Shown here: piece by piece, positions 1-14,499 of the stretch
Layout of the letters: each line of letters begins with the position of its first letter
How positions within the stretch are numbered: position 1 is the stretch's first letter
From: the human T2T-CHM13v2.0 reference genome, Homo sapiens
Strand: one strand, 5' to 3'
Assembly: GCF_009914755.1 (NCBI RefSeq)
Contig: NC_060926.1
DNA length: 64,000 nt
Notes under the pieces: model-generated
Database searches by the model: none
Told to the model about the DNA's origin: nothing
What the model saw: only the letters and a program-made list of their open reading frames with translations
Program-made: the position numbers and the translations under genes

Positions 1-2
1 TG

Positions 3-335
3 GGCTGGGAGCAGTGGCTCACACTTGTAATCCCAGCACTTTGGGAGGCCAAGGAGGGCAGATCACCTGAGGTCAGCAGTTTGAGACCAGCCTGGCCAAC
101 ATGGCGAAACCCCATCTCTACTAAAAATACAAAAATTAGCTGGGTGTGGTTGCAGGCACTGTAACCCCAAGCTACTCAGGAGGCTCAGTCAAGAGAATCA
201 CTTGAACCCAGGAGGCGGAGGTTGCAGTGAGCCGAGATTGAGCCACTGGACTCCAGCCTGGGTGACAGAATGGGACTCCATCTCAAAAATTAAAAAAAAT
301 AAATAAATAAAATAAAGAACGAAAAATAAAAAAAA
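3..335 (+). mobile_element. AluS (Sx/Sz-like) full-length SINE
   Basis: GGCTGGGAGCAGTGGCTCAC start, TACTAAAAATACAAAAATTAGC linker, right arm ending ACTCCATCTC, then an A-rich tail; has the CACCTGAGGTCAG S-family feature. Confidence 0.93.
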
Positions 336-1415
336 TTCTTCCTATGTTTTTATGAACACAAAAACTTCAGCATAGAGTGCACAAATATGTCTTTGCTTTC
401 TCATGCTGTGGCCTCATTTTCAAATGCAATAGCTTTACATGGATCTACAGTGAAATATATTCTCAATCTATCATTTTGGGGGTTGGAGTGTTGGGAGGTG
501 GGTACAAAGAATATCATACGCCTTCTTATACAACCAGATAAGTAAACGAGATGCGGAAGCAGGAAGACACAATTCATATTATATATAAATTTTAATTAAT
601 AGCTTTCCACAAAATTTGTTAATATAAAATATATTGAACTTACAATTATTTCCAGGTGATTTTGAGCTTATATTATCATTGATCATCACCTCCTTTATTT
701 GGCACCTTGCAATCCATAAAATTAATTTAAAATAATTATATATTTGATATTTGGAGAGCCCTCTCTTTAAATCACACTTGGACGTCTTAGGAATCACTAT
801 TAGAAGAACTCATTTAAATTAAAAGTACTTATTAAGATGTATTTGCGAAGAAAAGGCTTAGTTACTTGGTGAAATAACACCCGCACATTTCAAAATTAGA
901 AGGCAAAAACAATCCTAGTTAGCAATATACAAAAGATATGTTTTAAAAATAAAGTAATATTGGCAAAGTTTATTCCAACAGTTCTAGGCTTTATGATGTG
1001 ACACATTTTTATTCCATTAATCTGACAATGTGGACTATCCAGACTCAGCCAACAAACTGGAAAGAAATCTCAGATTTTTTAAAAGTTGAATTATACGTTT
1101 AAAAGCCCATGAGCAAGAATTGTACACTTGAATAAAGTTACCAGGTTTCATACACCACAGCATAATAAAAATAGTGTCTTATAAAGGGTAAGAAGAGGCA
1201 TACCTCTTGACAACAGCAAAATTGACACTTGATGATTGAAAAATAATTTTCATTTTGTTTTGTTTTGTTTTAATGGAAAACATATTAGAATCCCATGGCT
1301 AGGATACTCAGTTTAGCGAATAACTGGTATAAATATGGCTATTGTCAGAGTAAACATTTTTCCTTAAAAGCTTTAGTTATATGGAAACTGATGCATATAA
1401 AATATTACATTCACT

Positions 1416-1584
1416 GACCAGGTGTGCTGGCTCATGCTTGTAGTCCCAGCTACTCTGACTGTTGAGGTGGGAGGATTGCTTGAGCCCGGGAGGTTAAGGC
1501 TGCAGTGAGCTCTGACTACCACTGTGCTCCAGCCTGGGTGACAGAATGAGACCCTGCCAAAAAAATAAGAATAATAAAATAAAA
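1416..1584 (+). mobile_element. Free Alu monomer (FRAM/FAM-like)
   Basis: Single Alu arm with J-type GGATTGCTTGAGCCC and an A-rich tail; flanked by a near-identical TSD, AAAATATTACATTCA / AAAAGATTACATTCA. Confidence 0.8.
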
Positions 1585-2099
1585 GATTACATTCAGTATT
1601 ACTGTTGTGTAACATTTTTCTAGAGTAATCATGCTACATTTTGTAATGCTTAAACTATAATTACAATATAAGCATAAATTGTTTCTTCCCTTTAAGAATG
1701 AAATAATTCAATTTTTTTTTACTCACCTAGGAACTAGCTGGCCATTCATGTAGGTAGAAGGATTTAATCTGCATAGATTTGCATTGTGAGTTTGGAAATA
1801 AGTTCTAAGATATTTTAAGACATTGAGAATGCTCACTACTGGAAAATACTCATATGAAGAATGCTTTCTTTCCATGTAAAGTCATGGGGCATGGTCTACT
1901 AGGGTAGGTGAGCCCACATACCTAAAAATATAAATATTTTAAATGAACAGATTTTTTTCCAGTGTGCAACAACTATGACAACTAAGACATTGTTTCTTGC
2001 CTCATCTCATATCTACTATTTTCATTCCTGATTCTAGTCTGATTATTTTGGGGCATTTAGAGAACATTTGGTATAATTGGCACATTTAAAAAATTATTT

Positions 2100-2262
2100 A
2101 ATTCTCATAACTCTACAAGGTAGATATTTTAATTATTTCCATATCAAATATATGAAAGCTGAGGCACGTAGGTAAGTGACTGGACCAAGGCAGTACAGTT
2201 AGAAAATTGACTGGTCAGGATTAAAATACGGGTTGTTGCCTCCAGGGTTTGCACTCTTAACC
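2100..2262 (-). mobile_element. MIR SINE fragment
   Basis: Degenerate MIR core: ...GAAAGCTGAGGCAC...AAGTGACTGGACCAAGG...CACTCTTAACC. Confidence 0.65.
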
Positions 2263-3465
2263 TGAAAATATACGGATTCTATATTTAAAATATTTACAGA
2301 CCATCTTAGAAATTTTACTCTTATTTACAAGGGAGATCACCTTCAAGTACACAAACAAACAAATAAAAAATAATTTGAGGGAGGAAAAAAACCTCACACA
2401 TTTAGGAATTGGGATCATATTGTATAAATATCACTTATTTTCATCATTGTTCTATGAACTTAATTTTGCATTATACATTAGCACACAAAATTTTTCAAAT
2501 ATTTTTCCAGTTTTCAATACTCTTACAATATTTAAAGGCTTCTCTGTTGTTTTGTTTTGGTCTCAATATGCCAGATAATATAAACAATGAAACTCTAATA
2601 GATGGTAGCGTGGCCTAGGAATCCAGAAATATGAAAATACTGACCAAAACCATAGCCTACTTTCTCCAGAAGGTCCTCAGTGGATTAAAAATCCACTTGA
2701 AAAGAATGGCAAGGAAAGTAAAAACACTACTGGGTTGTTGATTTTGAACCTTATGTGCAAAAAAATGTGGTAAAACAGACTGAAGTGTAACAATAAGGGG
2801 TCACACCCCCTGCTTCCCATACTCAAACATGAATCATAAAATGTTACACTTCAGTGATCCATATAGAGAGGAAGTACCGATGACATGAAAAGAGGAAGAA
2901 TACAAATGTCCTCCTTAGCTATTTTCTGGGAGAGCCTGCAAACATTCTGTCTTCAGCGTCCTGAGATATGATTGGTTGGATTGGTTATCTTAAATGCCTG
3001 GAGGAAAACACAACACAACACAACACAACACACTTCTTTCTCCATCTTTGAGCATCTGAGATGGATCTCTTTTCACCCCTGAGCCAGGCCAACTACAATT
3101 TTGTGTCAGCCTCCACCTCTTGCTTGCACCGGGCCCACAGATCCACCAAGTCCATCTTTTCTGAGGAAAAGTTGCACTTTGTTTTCTCCTATATGCGTAG
3201 TTGCTGTTCTGAACTCTTACTCTCCCAAGGAATTTCGTCTTTGGCCTCTGTTTTCCCAGGCTTTTGGATCTGTCTTCTTCTTGCCCTGTATCCTGTCCCT
3301 TGCCCTAGGCAGGCATAGGCAATAAATGTCTTTAATCTTCCAGCAGATACCCAGAAAGCCCCTTCAGCCTAAAGAGGGAGAAACAAAGGTCATCCTCTGC
3401 ATGTCCTTCAGGGAACCACCAGACAGCTCAAACGCATGAACTTATTTTTAAGACAAATCCATATT

Positions 3466-3612
3466 AGGGAGAGATAGCATTAGGAGATATACCTAATGTT
3501 AAATGAAGAGTTAATGGGTGCAGCCCACCAACATGGCACATGTATACATATGTATCAAACCTGCACGTTGTGCACATGTACCCTAAAACTTAAAGTATAT
3601 ATAAAAAAAAAA
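3466..3612 (+). mobile_element. 5'-truncated L1PA (about L1PA4) 3' end with poly(A)
   Basis: GATAGCATTAGGAGATATACCTAATGTTAAATG...GTACCCTAAAACTTAAAGTAT followed by an A tail is the primate L1 3' terminus. Confidence 0.9.
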
Positions 3613-4414
3613 TCTCTGTTACCAATGAGCCACACCAGGAATGCCAACCCTGTCCCCACGGATGCAGTTGCTGGCTGGGGAATGGAGGATGTTACGTTCG
3701 TAGGTGCGTTTTTACCAAAATTCCGCTGCCCCTTTTCTCCTTAAACGGCCCCTTGGATGCTGCAAAATTTAGAATAGATTCCAGGGTTTTGAAAGAGTTA
3801 ATTCCACCAGTCTTTGCCAGCTGAGGTTTACTTTAATGAAGGGACTGATTATTTGCAGCTGAGTGCCCTACTTCACCATTTACTGTATGTCACAGTCTGT
3901 GGTCTACATTTATTTTTTGCTACTTTTATTGTCCTGTGAATATAGGTTTGTTTTTTACTCCAAAAGAGAATCTGTTTATATGATTGTTGAATGGGAAATC
4001 AAAAGAAAATAACATTATGCCTACAACTACACCTCCAAAATAAAATATATGTTTGCAAGTGTGTGTCCTCTGTTATTTTCATCATGATTCAAAAAGATTT
4101 TTTTAAATATTCACTGAGCATACAGTGGTGTGATTCCGTTTGAACTAATTATTTTCAATATACCACCTTGATATACAATTCAACACATTACTTTAATTTG
4201 TTTTTAATGTACTCTTTTAAAATATTGATTTAATTTTACTTTGATAAATCATTTTATTTTATTCCAATCAAGAAAACCAATAAAACCTGGGAGGTCTATG
4301 GGATTTTTTTTTTTTTCTTTTTTTTTTTTTCAGCTTTGAGAGACTGCCTGCATTATTTAGCTCCTGCCTCTTTGTCTTGCATCACTCTAACTTTTTGCTT
4401 GTGTTGTCACATCT

Positions 4415-4520
4415 CCTATTGTCACATCTGCAAAGTCCTTTTTAGCATATAAGGTAACATTTGTAGTTTCTGGGGATTAGGACATGAATATCTTTGGGAG
4501 ACATTAGTCAACCTACCACA
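4415..4520 (-). mobile_element. MLT1-family (ERVL-MaLR) LTR fragment
   Basis: TCACATCTGCAAAGTCC...AAGGTAACAT...GGGATTAGGACATG...CCTACCACA resembles the reverse complement of an MLT1 5' end. Confidence 0.65.
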
Positions 4521-5154
4521 GAAACAATTCTTAAAGAAATAAAATCCAAGAAAACAAGAATCATCAATAACAATAGAATATGCATCTTAAAAAAGTAATT
4601 ATAAACCATACTATACATTTGTGGTGTTAGCAATTTTGTACTTCTGTTTAAATCCATACACTTGCTACTCTAAGATGTGTCACTATTACAATAGATGTTC
4701 CTAAACACCCTCCAGATGAAAGCAAATGCCTGCATTGTTCTTCTGTTTATTTGATTACATAGTGACAGAATTGCTAGCACCAGAAAAATTAAATTGCCCT
4801 AATTCAGCAGAGTCAGCCAGTTACATATAGTAAAATAATTTATGGGCATTCCAAGCTAATTTATTTGAGGGAAACATGATAACATACCTCAGGCAGATCC
4901 ATTTAGTAAATGCACTCTGTGGCTAGGAGAAATGGAGTTTGATATTGACTAATCTGAGCCATTGAGTTGTCTGCTGAGAAGAAATTGGAAGATTACTTTT
5001 ATATTTGGAGTATTTTGATGGGAATATGAATGCCCCAGATGTGAGGCCAAAAGAATTTGAGGTATAGAAATGAAAAAGTTTGTCATTAACATCACCATCT
5101 CAAACTATGTCTCATGTGTGTACTGTTATGTTTTTCTTCCAATTTTCCTTTATT

Positions 5155-5255
5155 TCCCAGCTAGAATATAAACTCTATTAGAACAGGACACTTTTCTTTC
5201 TTCTTCATGACTTTAGTGCCTAACTAATATTAGGCATTCAATAAATAACCAGTTA
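5155..5255 (+). mobile_element. L2 3' end fragment
   Basis: CTAGAATATAAACTC...AGTGCC...AGGCATTCAATAAATA, typical of an L2 terminus. Confidence 0.5.
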
Positions 5256-5519
5256 ATGCTTTCAGTTGATTTTTGTTAAATGTCAGTCAGTTTTGAATTA
5301 CCACAAACTTGCTCATGAAAGCCTCATCGAAGCAAATAAAATTATCAATATATATGTCTCAATTGGTTTTCCTCACCCCAGAAATATATTTAAGAATATT
5401 AGATTATGGCAAAGTTTTTGTTTATTGTATACTTGTTACCAACAGTGATATTTGCTTTAATAATATAGATATTTTACTTAATTATTACTAACTGATCTCT
5501 AATTTTGTTCATGACAGCA

Positions 5520-5945
5520 GTCTCCAGTTAAAATTTCTCATCTCCCTAGGTTTCCTTGCGACTAGATATAGCCATATGACATCATTCTGACCAGTGTTAT
5601 AAACAGAAATATACTAGTTGCAGATTACAGAAAGTTACTGTTTTTCTAACTTAAAAAAAACCATAATTAATATGTGCATATCTTTTTGTTTTTTATCTTA
5701 CAATTTTATTTTTTACTAGAATTTGAACTCAGTGCCTAGGTGTGGAGAAGCCATTTTTAAACCAAAAGGCTAAAAGCTCCATCATAAAGAAAGTAAAGAC
5801 AAAGCTAGTATGTGCCTGGGTCTTTGATGACTTTGTGGACTAGCTGCAGTAGCCATGGGATGTATACCTCTGTACTCCTTGCCGCTTGAAGAAAACTACC
5901 ACCTATTCACTAAAGCAAGATTTCTGTTACATGCAGCAACACAGT
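5520..5945 (+). mobile_element. Old ERVL/MaLR LTR (LTR16/MLT1J-like)
   Basis: GCCATATGAC...TTCTGACCA, GCCATTTT, CCTGGGTCTTTGATGAC and TTCTGTTACATGCAGC motifs; family uncertain. Confidence 0.45.
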
Positions 5946-6136
5946 CTTTATTATTATAAAGCTATTGAAATAATGTTGTTTTCTTAACCTAGTCTTGTCA
6001 GTTGAAATGACAGACAATATTATAAGTCAAGAAAACATCCAATTCTCAAAATAATTCCTATAAAATGATTTTTACTCTGAAGTGTCCAGATGACGATGAA
6101 GAAAATCTTACATGGTGGATAACCAGTTCACATAAT

Positions 6137-6586
6137 TGTAAGAGTTAAAGAAAGAGGAAACAAACACGAAAAGTGGCTCAACAGTCAAAGACAGGCTTAT
6201 TTTGGAGAATAAACCTGACAGGGGCTTCTGGCTGACTTTGGTCAGGAGTGATCTCTTTTACAGACTAAGGGCATTTATTGTTGTGAGAGCTTGGAATGTT
6301 TCTGTGTCTGGGAGAAGTTTCTGTTACGGCTGGAATGTCTTTGGTCAGAGGGGAGGTTATCTTGGGGCTGACATCTCTCTGTCTGGAGGGGAGGTTATCT
6401 CGGGCCTGGGATGTCTCTGGTCAGGGAGGGCTTTGGACTATTTCTGGTCAGAGATGTTATTTGTGGTTTACGGTCATGCTGACCTTAGCCATTAGGCTGA
6501 TGCCCTTTGGATTTAGGTGGTTTTTGATCAAGGTGAAATTTAAAATGACGGTACTTGTCCAAGACAGCGATGCTCCTACTCTGTCA
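6137..6586 (-). mobile_element. MER61-family ERV1 solo LTR
   Basis: Minus strand begins TGACAGAGTAGGAGCATC and ends ...TTTCCTCTTTCTTTAACTCTTACA (TG...CA); direct repeat ATAAT at 6132-6136 and 6587-6591. Confidence 0.8.
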
Positions 6587-6928
6587 ATAATGAGGGACTC
6601 TGCCAATAACCTGCTCAAAAACCTGACTCTAGGCTCAGGTTGTTTATTTTATCAAAATGGCTTCAATTAGAAAACTAATATTTATTAGCCTGTTAAATTC
6701 TCAATTTTCTGTAATTCAAACATATAATTAAAATAGCTCCCTATAACACCCACATAAAGCAATGGGACTATGGTCTGGTTAGAATATTGTGTTATTTTTC
6801 AAAAAAAATCTAGATTTATTAAATATTTAGACATGAGTGAATTATTAGAGTTGGGAGTAAAAATCTGACATGAAACATAATATTTGTTCACATTACTGTA
6901 TTTGTTTTGTTTATTCTGAAAGCAGTGA

Positions 6929-7046
6929 CTGGTTTGAATTTATAAATTTGAAGTTTTAATTCACTGATATATATTTAAATTTGAGTCTGGTTTGAATTTA
7001 CAAATTTGAAGTTATAATTCACTGACATATATTTAAATTTGAATCT
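6929..7046. repeat. Tandem duplication, 2 x 58 bp
   Basis: CTGGTTTGAATTTA(T/C)AAATTTGAAGTT(T/A)TAATTCACTGA(T/C)ATATATTTAAATTTGA(G/A)T repeated with 4 mismatches. Confidence 0.92.
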
Positions 7047-7438
7047 TTTTTTATTAATTATACATGATTCATGTGGTCCCTTTTAAGCTGATAATTCTTC
7101 CCTTCGGGTATATATATGTATATTTTTTCATTAGTTCTTTTTCTTCTCTATGTGCTGTATTATTTCTTTTAAAAGTAACATATGGTCACCTGAATAATTT
7201 ATCTAAATATTTTATCTTTTCTTTAGTAAAGTGTTTGCATTTTTGTTCCAGATTCTGGTAAGATTTTTCAGCTTGATCTTCCAGTTCCCCAGTTCAATAT
7301 TTGGTGAAGTGCATTATGTGTGTCTCACATATTTTATTGTGTTACTGTATTCACAATCTTGTTAATTTTTAGGAATTATTTAGCCATCTTCAACTTTCCT
7401 TTCACAGTAGAATTCTAGTAATATTTTATTTATGCAAT

Positions 7439-7734
7439 TTTTTTCTTTTTTTTGAGACTGAGTTTTGCTCTATTGCCCAGGCTGGAGTGCAGTGATGCAA
7501 TCTCGCTCACTGTAACCTCCACCTCCTGGGTTCAAGTGATACTACTGACTCAGCCTCCTGAGTAGCTGAGATTACAGGTGCTTGCCACCACGCCTGGCTA
7601 ACTTTTGTATTTTTAGTAGAGGCGGAGTTTCATCATGTTTGCCAGACTGGTCTCGAACTCCTGACCTCAAGTGATTTGCCTGCCTCTGCCTCCCAAAGTG
7701 CTGGGATTACAGGCATGAGCCACTGCACCCAGCC
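7439..7734 (-). mobile_element. AluS (Sx/Sz-like)
   Basis: Full antisense Alu; TSD TTATTTATGCAAT / TTATTTATTCAAT. Confidence 0.93.
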
Positions 7735-9565
7735 TTATTTATTCAATATCTCCTTGAATAACTCTGAGATTTGGCTCCCCACATTAACTCATTCATTGAA
7801 ATAATATGTTTGCATAATATGGTTTCTCTTTCAGGATCCATATTCTACTTATTCTACTATTATTTATTTTCTATATAGATTTATAAATTATCATGTAAAT
7901 TGAAAACACCTAGAAGCTTGTTTGTATTTTCTTACTTACTTTGTATAATAATTGCTCAGCTCACTTTATAAGATTCTCTTGCATACATGTATCGACACGC
8001 TATACTCACATGCAGATAGATGATAGATATGTATATACTTTTTTCTGAAACATTTGCCCCATTACTTTGAAATAATTCAGTGTGTATGTGTAAAAACAAA
8101 GACATTCTTCTATAATCACAGTAATTTCAGACAAATGAAACTTTAACAAAATAGCACAAATATTTCTGTATACCTTTCTTTCAAATTCTCAAATGTTAAC
8201 ATTTTACCACACTTGCTTTAGAGCTTCTTTCTTTTTTGCGTAAGACTTTTGCATGCAGGCTGCAGATTGGATGTCAGTTTATCTCTAAATACACACTCTG
8301 ACATGTGTATCTGCAAAATAAATTAGAATATTGTTTTGAGTAGCCATGGAAAATTATCAAAATTATCAAAAATTAACATAATAATGTTAATTAATATGAA
8401 CATTATTAAAATATTATTATCTAATCTACACACCTAATTAATGAAGCCAATTGTGTCACAAGTATCATTTTTCTGGTCTAGAGTTTAATCCAGTATATGT
8501 GTGACTCCCTTCTTTCTGCTGATATTATGCAAGCAAAATTATGTTCCTGTGGGATTGGGAAGCTGTTCTCAATAGGGATTCCAATATGGACATTAAGGTG
8601 AATAAACAGAATGAAAAATGAGGTATGATAATTTGTAGGCTTACTTTAGGGTAAAGAAGCACTGAATCAGCCCTCTAGCTGTTGACACTCATATTAGGAA
8701 AAAAGAGAGAGAGAAAATGAAAGAACTAATAATTTGGGGGTACAACATTTATGCAAGAGAAAATATCCATTATTTCCACTGATTTTTTGCTTTATAGGTT
8801 CAAGTTTTCATGTCTTGCAGAGAAAAGGGGTGCTTACCAATACCTTCATACTGTATTTGGTTTGATTTAATCTAATTTAATTGCCTGATTTTGATCTATT
8901 TATTCCATCCATGTGACTGACATCTTATCGTGAAACTGAACCTAGAACTTCTACAAAATTCTACTGGAAAGAGTAGCTTCCACGGTATATATTCTTGGCT
9001 TTGTTTTCTTGCATACACTTCATCATGTACATTTTATTCCTCCAAGTAATTAATTCAAATATATTTTACTACTTATAATAATCCTCCCTGTACCCTGCTG
9101 TCTTCTCACTATTAAGCCTTTCTTTTTCACAGAATTTCTGTACTTTTACTTCAATGAAGCCTTCATAACAATAGAAGGAAAGTGTATGTGTCATTTCTAA
9201 CAACGTGAGAGTGAGTTTACTCTATTTTTAAATAAAACAAAATAATATCTTATTAATTTTCATTTGATAACATTTAGTTTAAATACAGTGACTAAAATAG
9301 AAAATTGCTTTGGTATCATCTTTCAAGTCCTACAAATGGTATCTAAAATTATAAAAGAAAAAATACCAGTTATATAATAATAACATCAGAGTATTGATTT
9401 ATAGAAAACACATGAACCAAAAATGCTAAGCCACTTAGCATACAGGGTACATTCTGACTCATTTTCACTGCCATACTTTAATTTTAGTCAGAAATATCTC
9501 AACAGGTATACAGAGCTGCAATTAAATAACCTTTTTTAAGCAGATCCTCAATTACATATCACACA

Positions 9566-10465
9566 TGTTACAGGATTCTTTTGGTACTGCTTCGCCAGCT
9601 AGAAATCTCTGTGGCTGCCATGACCTCTGCCTGGGGACTCGTACAGGCCTACTGGGGTCACTCTGCCCACTAGGTCCAGCTGATTGTACTCAGCTTGCAC
9701 TACCAGCCCAGATCCCATGCCCACCCTGGCTCCACACAGCCTGCAGCTGAACTGCGTGTGCCACAAGCAGCTTCTGCATTGGGCACGAGCATCTAGATAA
9801 GGGGAACATGGTGGTACTCCAAAATTAGGAGATGCCATCAATTGTGGAGCCCCAAGGGATGTTACAGCTCTTCTTCAGGGAGTCCTGAGGTCTGAGCCCC
9901 CAAGAAATGTTGCACCTTTTGTAGTTCAGCAAGCAGGAGGGAATGCCATTCAGCGGCTTTTTCTCACCCATTGCTCAGCAAGCAGTAGGGAGTGGTATCC
10001 AGTGGCTTCACTTCTTCATGCTGGCAGCATGGCAAACACGGGTATGTTACAGCTCTCTTGTTTCTGCCACCCACAGCTCAGCAAGGTCTGGGCTCTTGTC
10101 CCCTGACCAAGAGGAATAAGGTTCATGGAAACCAGAAAGTGAGTAAGGCAGATAATTTTATTGAGTGACACAGGAAAGCTCTCAAATATAAGAGGGGACC
10201 CTGAAAGTGGGTTGCCCTCAGCAGTAAGAGGGAGCCCAAAAGTGGGTAGCCATTGGCTGCAAGAGGGCCCTGAAAGTGGGTAGCCCCCTGAGGCTGAGTC
10301 CAGGGTTTTTATGGGCTCAGAATGGGGGAGTACATGCAGATTGGTCCATGGGTGGTCTTTGGAAAAAGAACCATTCAGTTGGCTGAAAGGCATCATCCAA
10401 AAGGAACCAATTGAGAGAGAATGGGTAAGACATTGATAGAAGTTCTCACTCTGGTTGTGGACTCT
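9566..10465 (-). mobile_element. MER52/LTR27-like ERV1 LTR, 5'-truncated
   Basis: GC-richer island whose minus strand ends ...GCAGCCACAGAGATTTC...GAATCCTGTAACA and contains CCCATAAAAACCC and AATAAA; the other end breaks off abruptly. Confidence 0.7.
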
Positions 10466-10984
10466 GTATTTCTTATTGACTTCACAGATATATCATCATT
10501 TAATAATTTTAGGTATTATTGCATAAAATCAAAACAAAATAGTAAAACAGTATGCATCTATGCATGTTTCTGTATTTCAAAGTCACACATTTAGGGCAAT
10601 TTTAACATTAAAATGGACACATAGTGGTAATGGCACCCAGAAACTATTGTGTACCTATATATAATACACACACACATATGTGTTTTTTATTCATATAGAT
10701 ATATACACACACACACATAAACATATATTTATGCATATGGGCTAGAGAAAGAATTTGAAATATTGATATTCAGAAAAAACACCTGTAGTAGGCTAAATTA
10801 TACAGTTACAATCTAACCTCACATAATTAATAAGTCTATGACCATAGGAAACTTACTCAATCTCCTTTTATCTCTTTTTTCTCACTGTTATTTAGGGAAA
10901 ATGCTTATCCTATTGAATTAATATTTGAGGAGAAAAATGTTTGTAGACAGACTATGTATAAAAATGTACATTAATTTCATGTAA

Positions 10985-11420
10985 ATTTGTGTCCCTTCTC
11001 TACCACAACTCCACTCTTTCCATCCTGCCCTGTACCCTGGGAAGCTCACCTGCATGGACTACATGAAGATTTCCTTGCTGTGTGGCTTCTCGTTAAGGTT
11101 AAGCAATGAGAGTACAAGCCCAACACTGAAATGTAAAGAGGGGAGAGATACTAGTGAGCTTTTTCTAGTCTTTCAGATTAACAAGGATCACCTGTGTTAT
11201 TCTACTTAAAGACACAATTCCTGTCCTACAGCCATTCTCTCCATGAGTTTGAGTAATGACTCTCTCCCATTGACCTTAGTGTTCAACAGATGATAATGCC
11301 TCCCAAATTTTGCTCTGTGATACCACTACTCCATGTGTTGTTGATATACTTAACTTTGACTATATATGTACTAATAGTTCCTTTGTTGAATTTTTTAAAT
11401 CACTAGAGTGATTGTGCACA
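10985..11420 (+). mobile_element. LTR33-like ERVL LTR (degenerate)
   Basis: CCTGCCCTGTACCCTGGGAAGCTCACCTGCATGGACTACAT...TTCCTTGCTGTGTGGCTTC...GCAATGAGAG resembles LTR33. Confidence 0.55.
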
Positions 11421-12368
11421 TTGGCTTAATTACAGTTCCAGTTTATGCTTCTTGTTCTGGTGTACTTATTAATTTCAGATTAGCAGGGATTGGACAGTAG
11501 GTGATATGTTCAACTTATGAGTAATCTCACTCGAGTAGGCTATCTTTCCTGATGTAACCCTGACAGACAGAGACCATTCTAAAAATATTAGTATATTTAA
11601 TAATCATTCAGTAAATAGTATACAAACATAATTATTTTAGCTCTTAATAAACAGATTTTTAATAAAATATGCATCCAGAAATCATTGAGAAATTAAACCT
11701 AAATAAAGTTTTATATCCACAGGTAAAAGTTATTTGGTATTAAAATGATGAGAGCTCAAACTTTTTTGTTGTTTAATTCAGACTTAGCTGCAGAAGTGGA
11801 AGTGTTCTCTAAATTACTTCATGTAGCTCATGAAGCAACCTTGTCACTACAGAGGATGCCTGATTAATGAGACTTTTTAATATACTTTTATAGGCAAATT
11901 TTCTCATAATATTCAGATATTATTAACATTTTCTCTGTGGCTTATTTTATGTTTTTGTCATAAAGTGTAGAATGGCCGGAAAATCTCATGACAATGTACC
12001 TAATTTCATGGTAAGGGATTCAAAGGTATTTGTTTAAAACTTCAGAATTTTGAAAAACCGAATCAATAGGCTCACTGGTGTTTCCACGTTATTAATCCAA
12101 TTGTGTAGATGATTTGCCTAGGAAGAGCTAATAACATACTCTGTTTATTTGTTCTAGCTGTTAGGAGGCTCTGAAAAACTGACCTCAGCTTATTTTTACT
12201 AATACTTTTTGCTGATTTAGGCTGCTTACTGTGAAGTGGTTCCCTGAAGTTAATCTTTTCATATATCAGCAATTCATAACCTGCTAATTTTTAAAATATG
12301 ACTGTTTCTACAATGAATTCATAAATTTTATTGTACATTTTCTTTTATATTACATTTACTTCTTTACC

Positions 12369-12750
12369 AGTTAATTTTGTCCCCTCAAAAAGATATGTTG
12401 AAATCCCAATCCCCAGTACCTCAAAATGTTACTTTCTATGAAGACAGGATCTTTACAGAGGTAATCATGTCAAATTTAGGTCATAAAGGTGGGCCCTAGT
12501 TCAATATCACTGGTGTCCTTTTAAAAGTTGGAAATTTGGACAAATATAGACACACACAGAGAGAGAATGATGTGAAGAGATACAGAGAGAAAACAGCCAT
12601 CTACAAGCCAAGGACCAAGTCCTGAAACAGATCTTTTCCTCACAGCCCTGAGAAGGAGCCAAGCACACAGTCCAGAACTGTGATACAATACATTTCTGTT
12701 GTTTAAGCAACCTAGTTTGCGGTACTTTGTTAAGCAGCCCTAGAAAAATA
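12369..12750 (+). mobile_element. MLT1B LTR (last bases AATACA displaced to about 13291-13296 by Alu insertion)
   Basis: AGATATGTTGAAATCCCAATCCCCAGTACC...CAGCCATCTACAAGCCAAGG...TCCAGAACTGTGA...GCAGCCCTAG. Confidence 0.85.
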
Positions 12751-13701
<951 letters not shown>

Positions 13702-14499
13702 GTCTGTCTCTGATCTTTCAAGTAAACTAGGAAAGAAAGGAGCAAAATAGGTTACGGATCTCACCTTTTGTTAGAAGATGGATATGAACATTATGGATTG
13801 TTTCCAGTTACTCTATTCTACACAGACTAATTTTCAATATGACTGTGAAAATAAGGAACAGGCAATGCATTGACAAAAATCATATTGAAAATATACAACA
13901 GTTAATGTATTGACAAAAATCTTCAAGTGAAAATTGCAGGAATGTTCTTATATAAACACTTTATTAATATCTAAGTTCATTTTTCTACATCTGCTAATAG
14001 AAAAATAGATTATTGTTGTTCATGCTTGTTCTCACCAAAATCACCTGAAAATTTGGATAGCATTCAAAATAAACATCTGTTTGAAGATAGAGTAATGTTA
14101 CCATGGAATCCACAACTTCAGAATCAAAGATCCTCCTGTGAAGGAAAATAAACTGAAGCAAGCCTGATTTTGCACAACACCTTTCTCCTTGAGACATTTG
14201 CTGATTCATAAGAGGCAGAGGATAGAGAGACCAAGAAATCAAGCAGAAAAAAGAACGCACAGTGTTTGAATGACAAATAAATAAATACATAAGAAAAATA
14301 AAAATTGGATTTCATTGTCTGCAAAGGAGAAGCAGCCTCGGTAAACATTCCAAACTTGCAGTTAAAATTTCAGAAGGGCTATACTCTAGAATGAGGTAAA
14401 GAAACAGTCCTTAGGAATTATTAAATGTAGTCTCAAGCCAAGACAATTCCAGACTGACTGAAGAGACTTATTCCTACCAAAACTGCATCCCAGAGTCCA

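Noticed and set aside
6137-6586. p53 response element, known in some MER61 subfamilies
   Set aside because: I found no intact RRRCWWGYYY pair in this copy; only a mismatched half-site, GTACTTGTCC, at 6551
6202-6670. 97-aa and 124-aa ORFs (also 10016-10396)
   Set aside because: Lie within LTRs and resemble no protein I recognise
13864-13921. 18-bp direct repeat AATG(C/T)ATTGACAAAAATC with 40-bp period
   Set aside because: Short, AT-rich and only two copies; no functional inference is supportable
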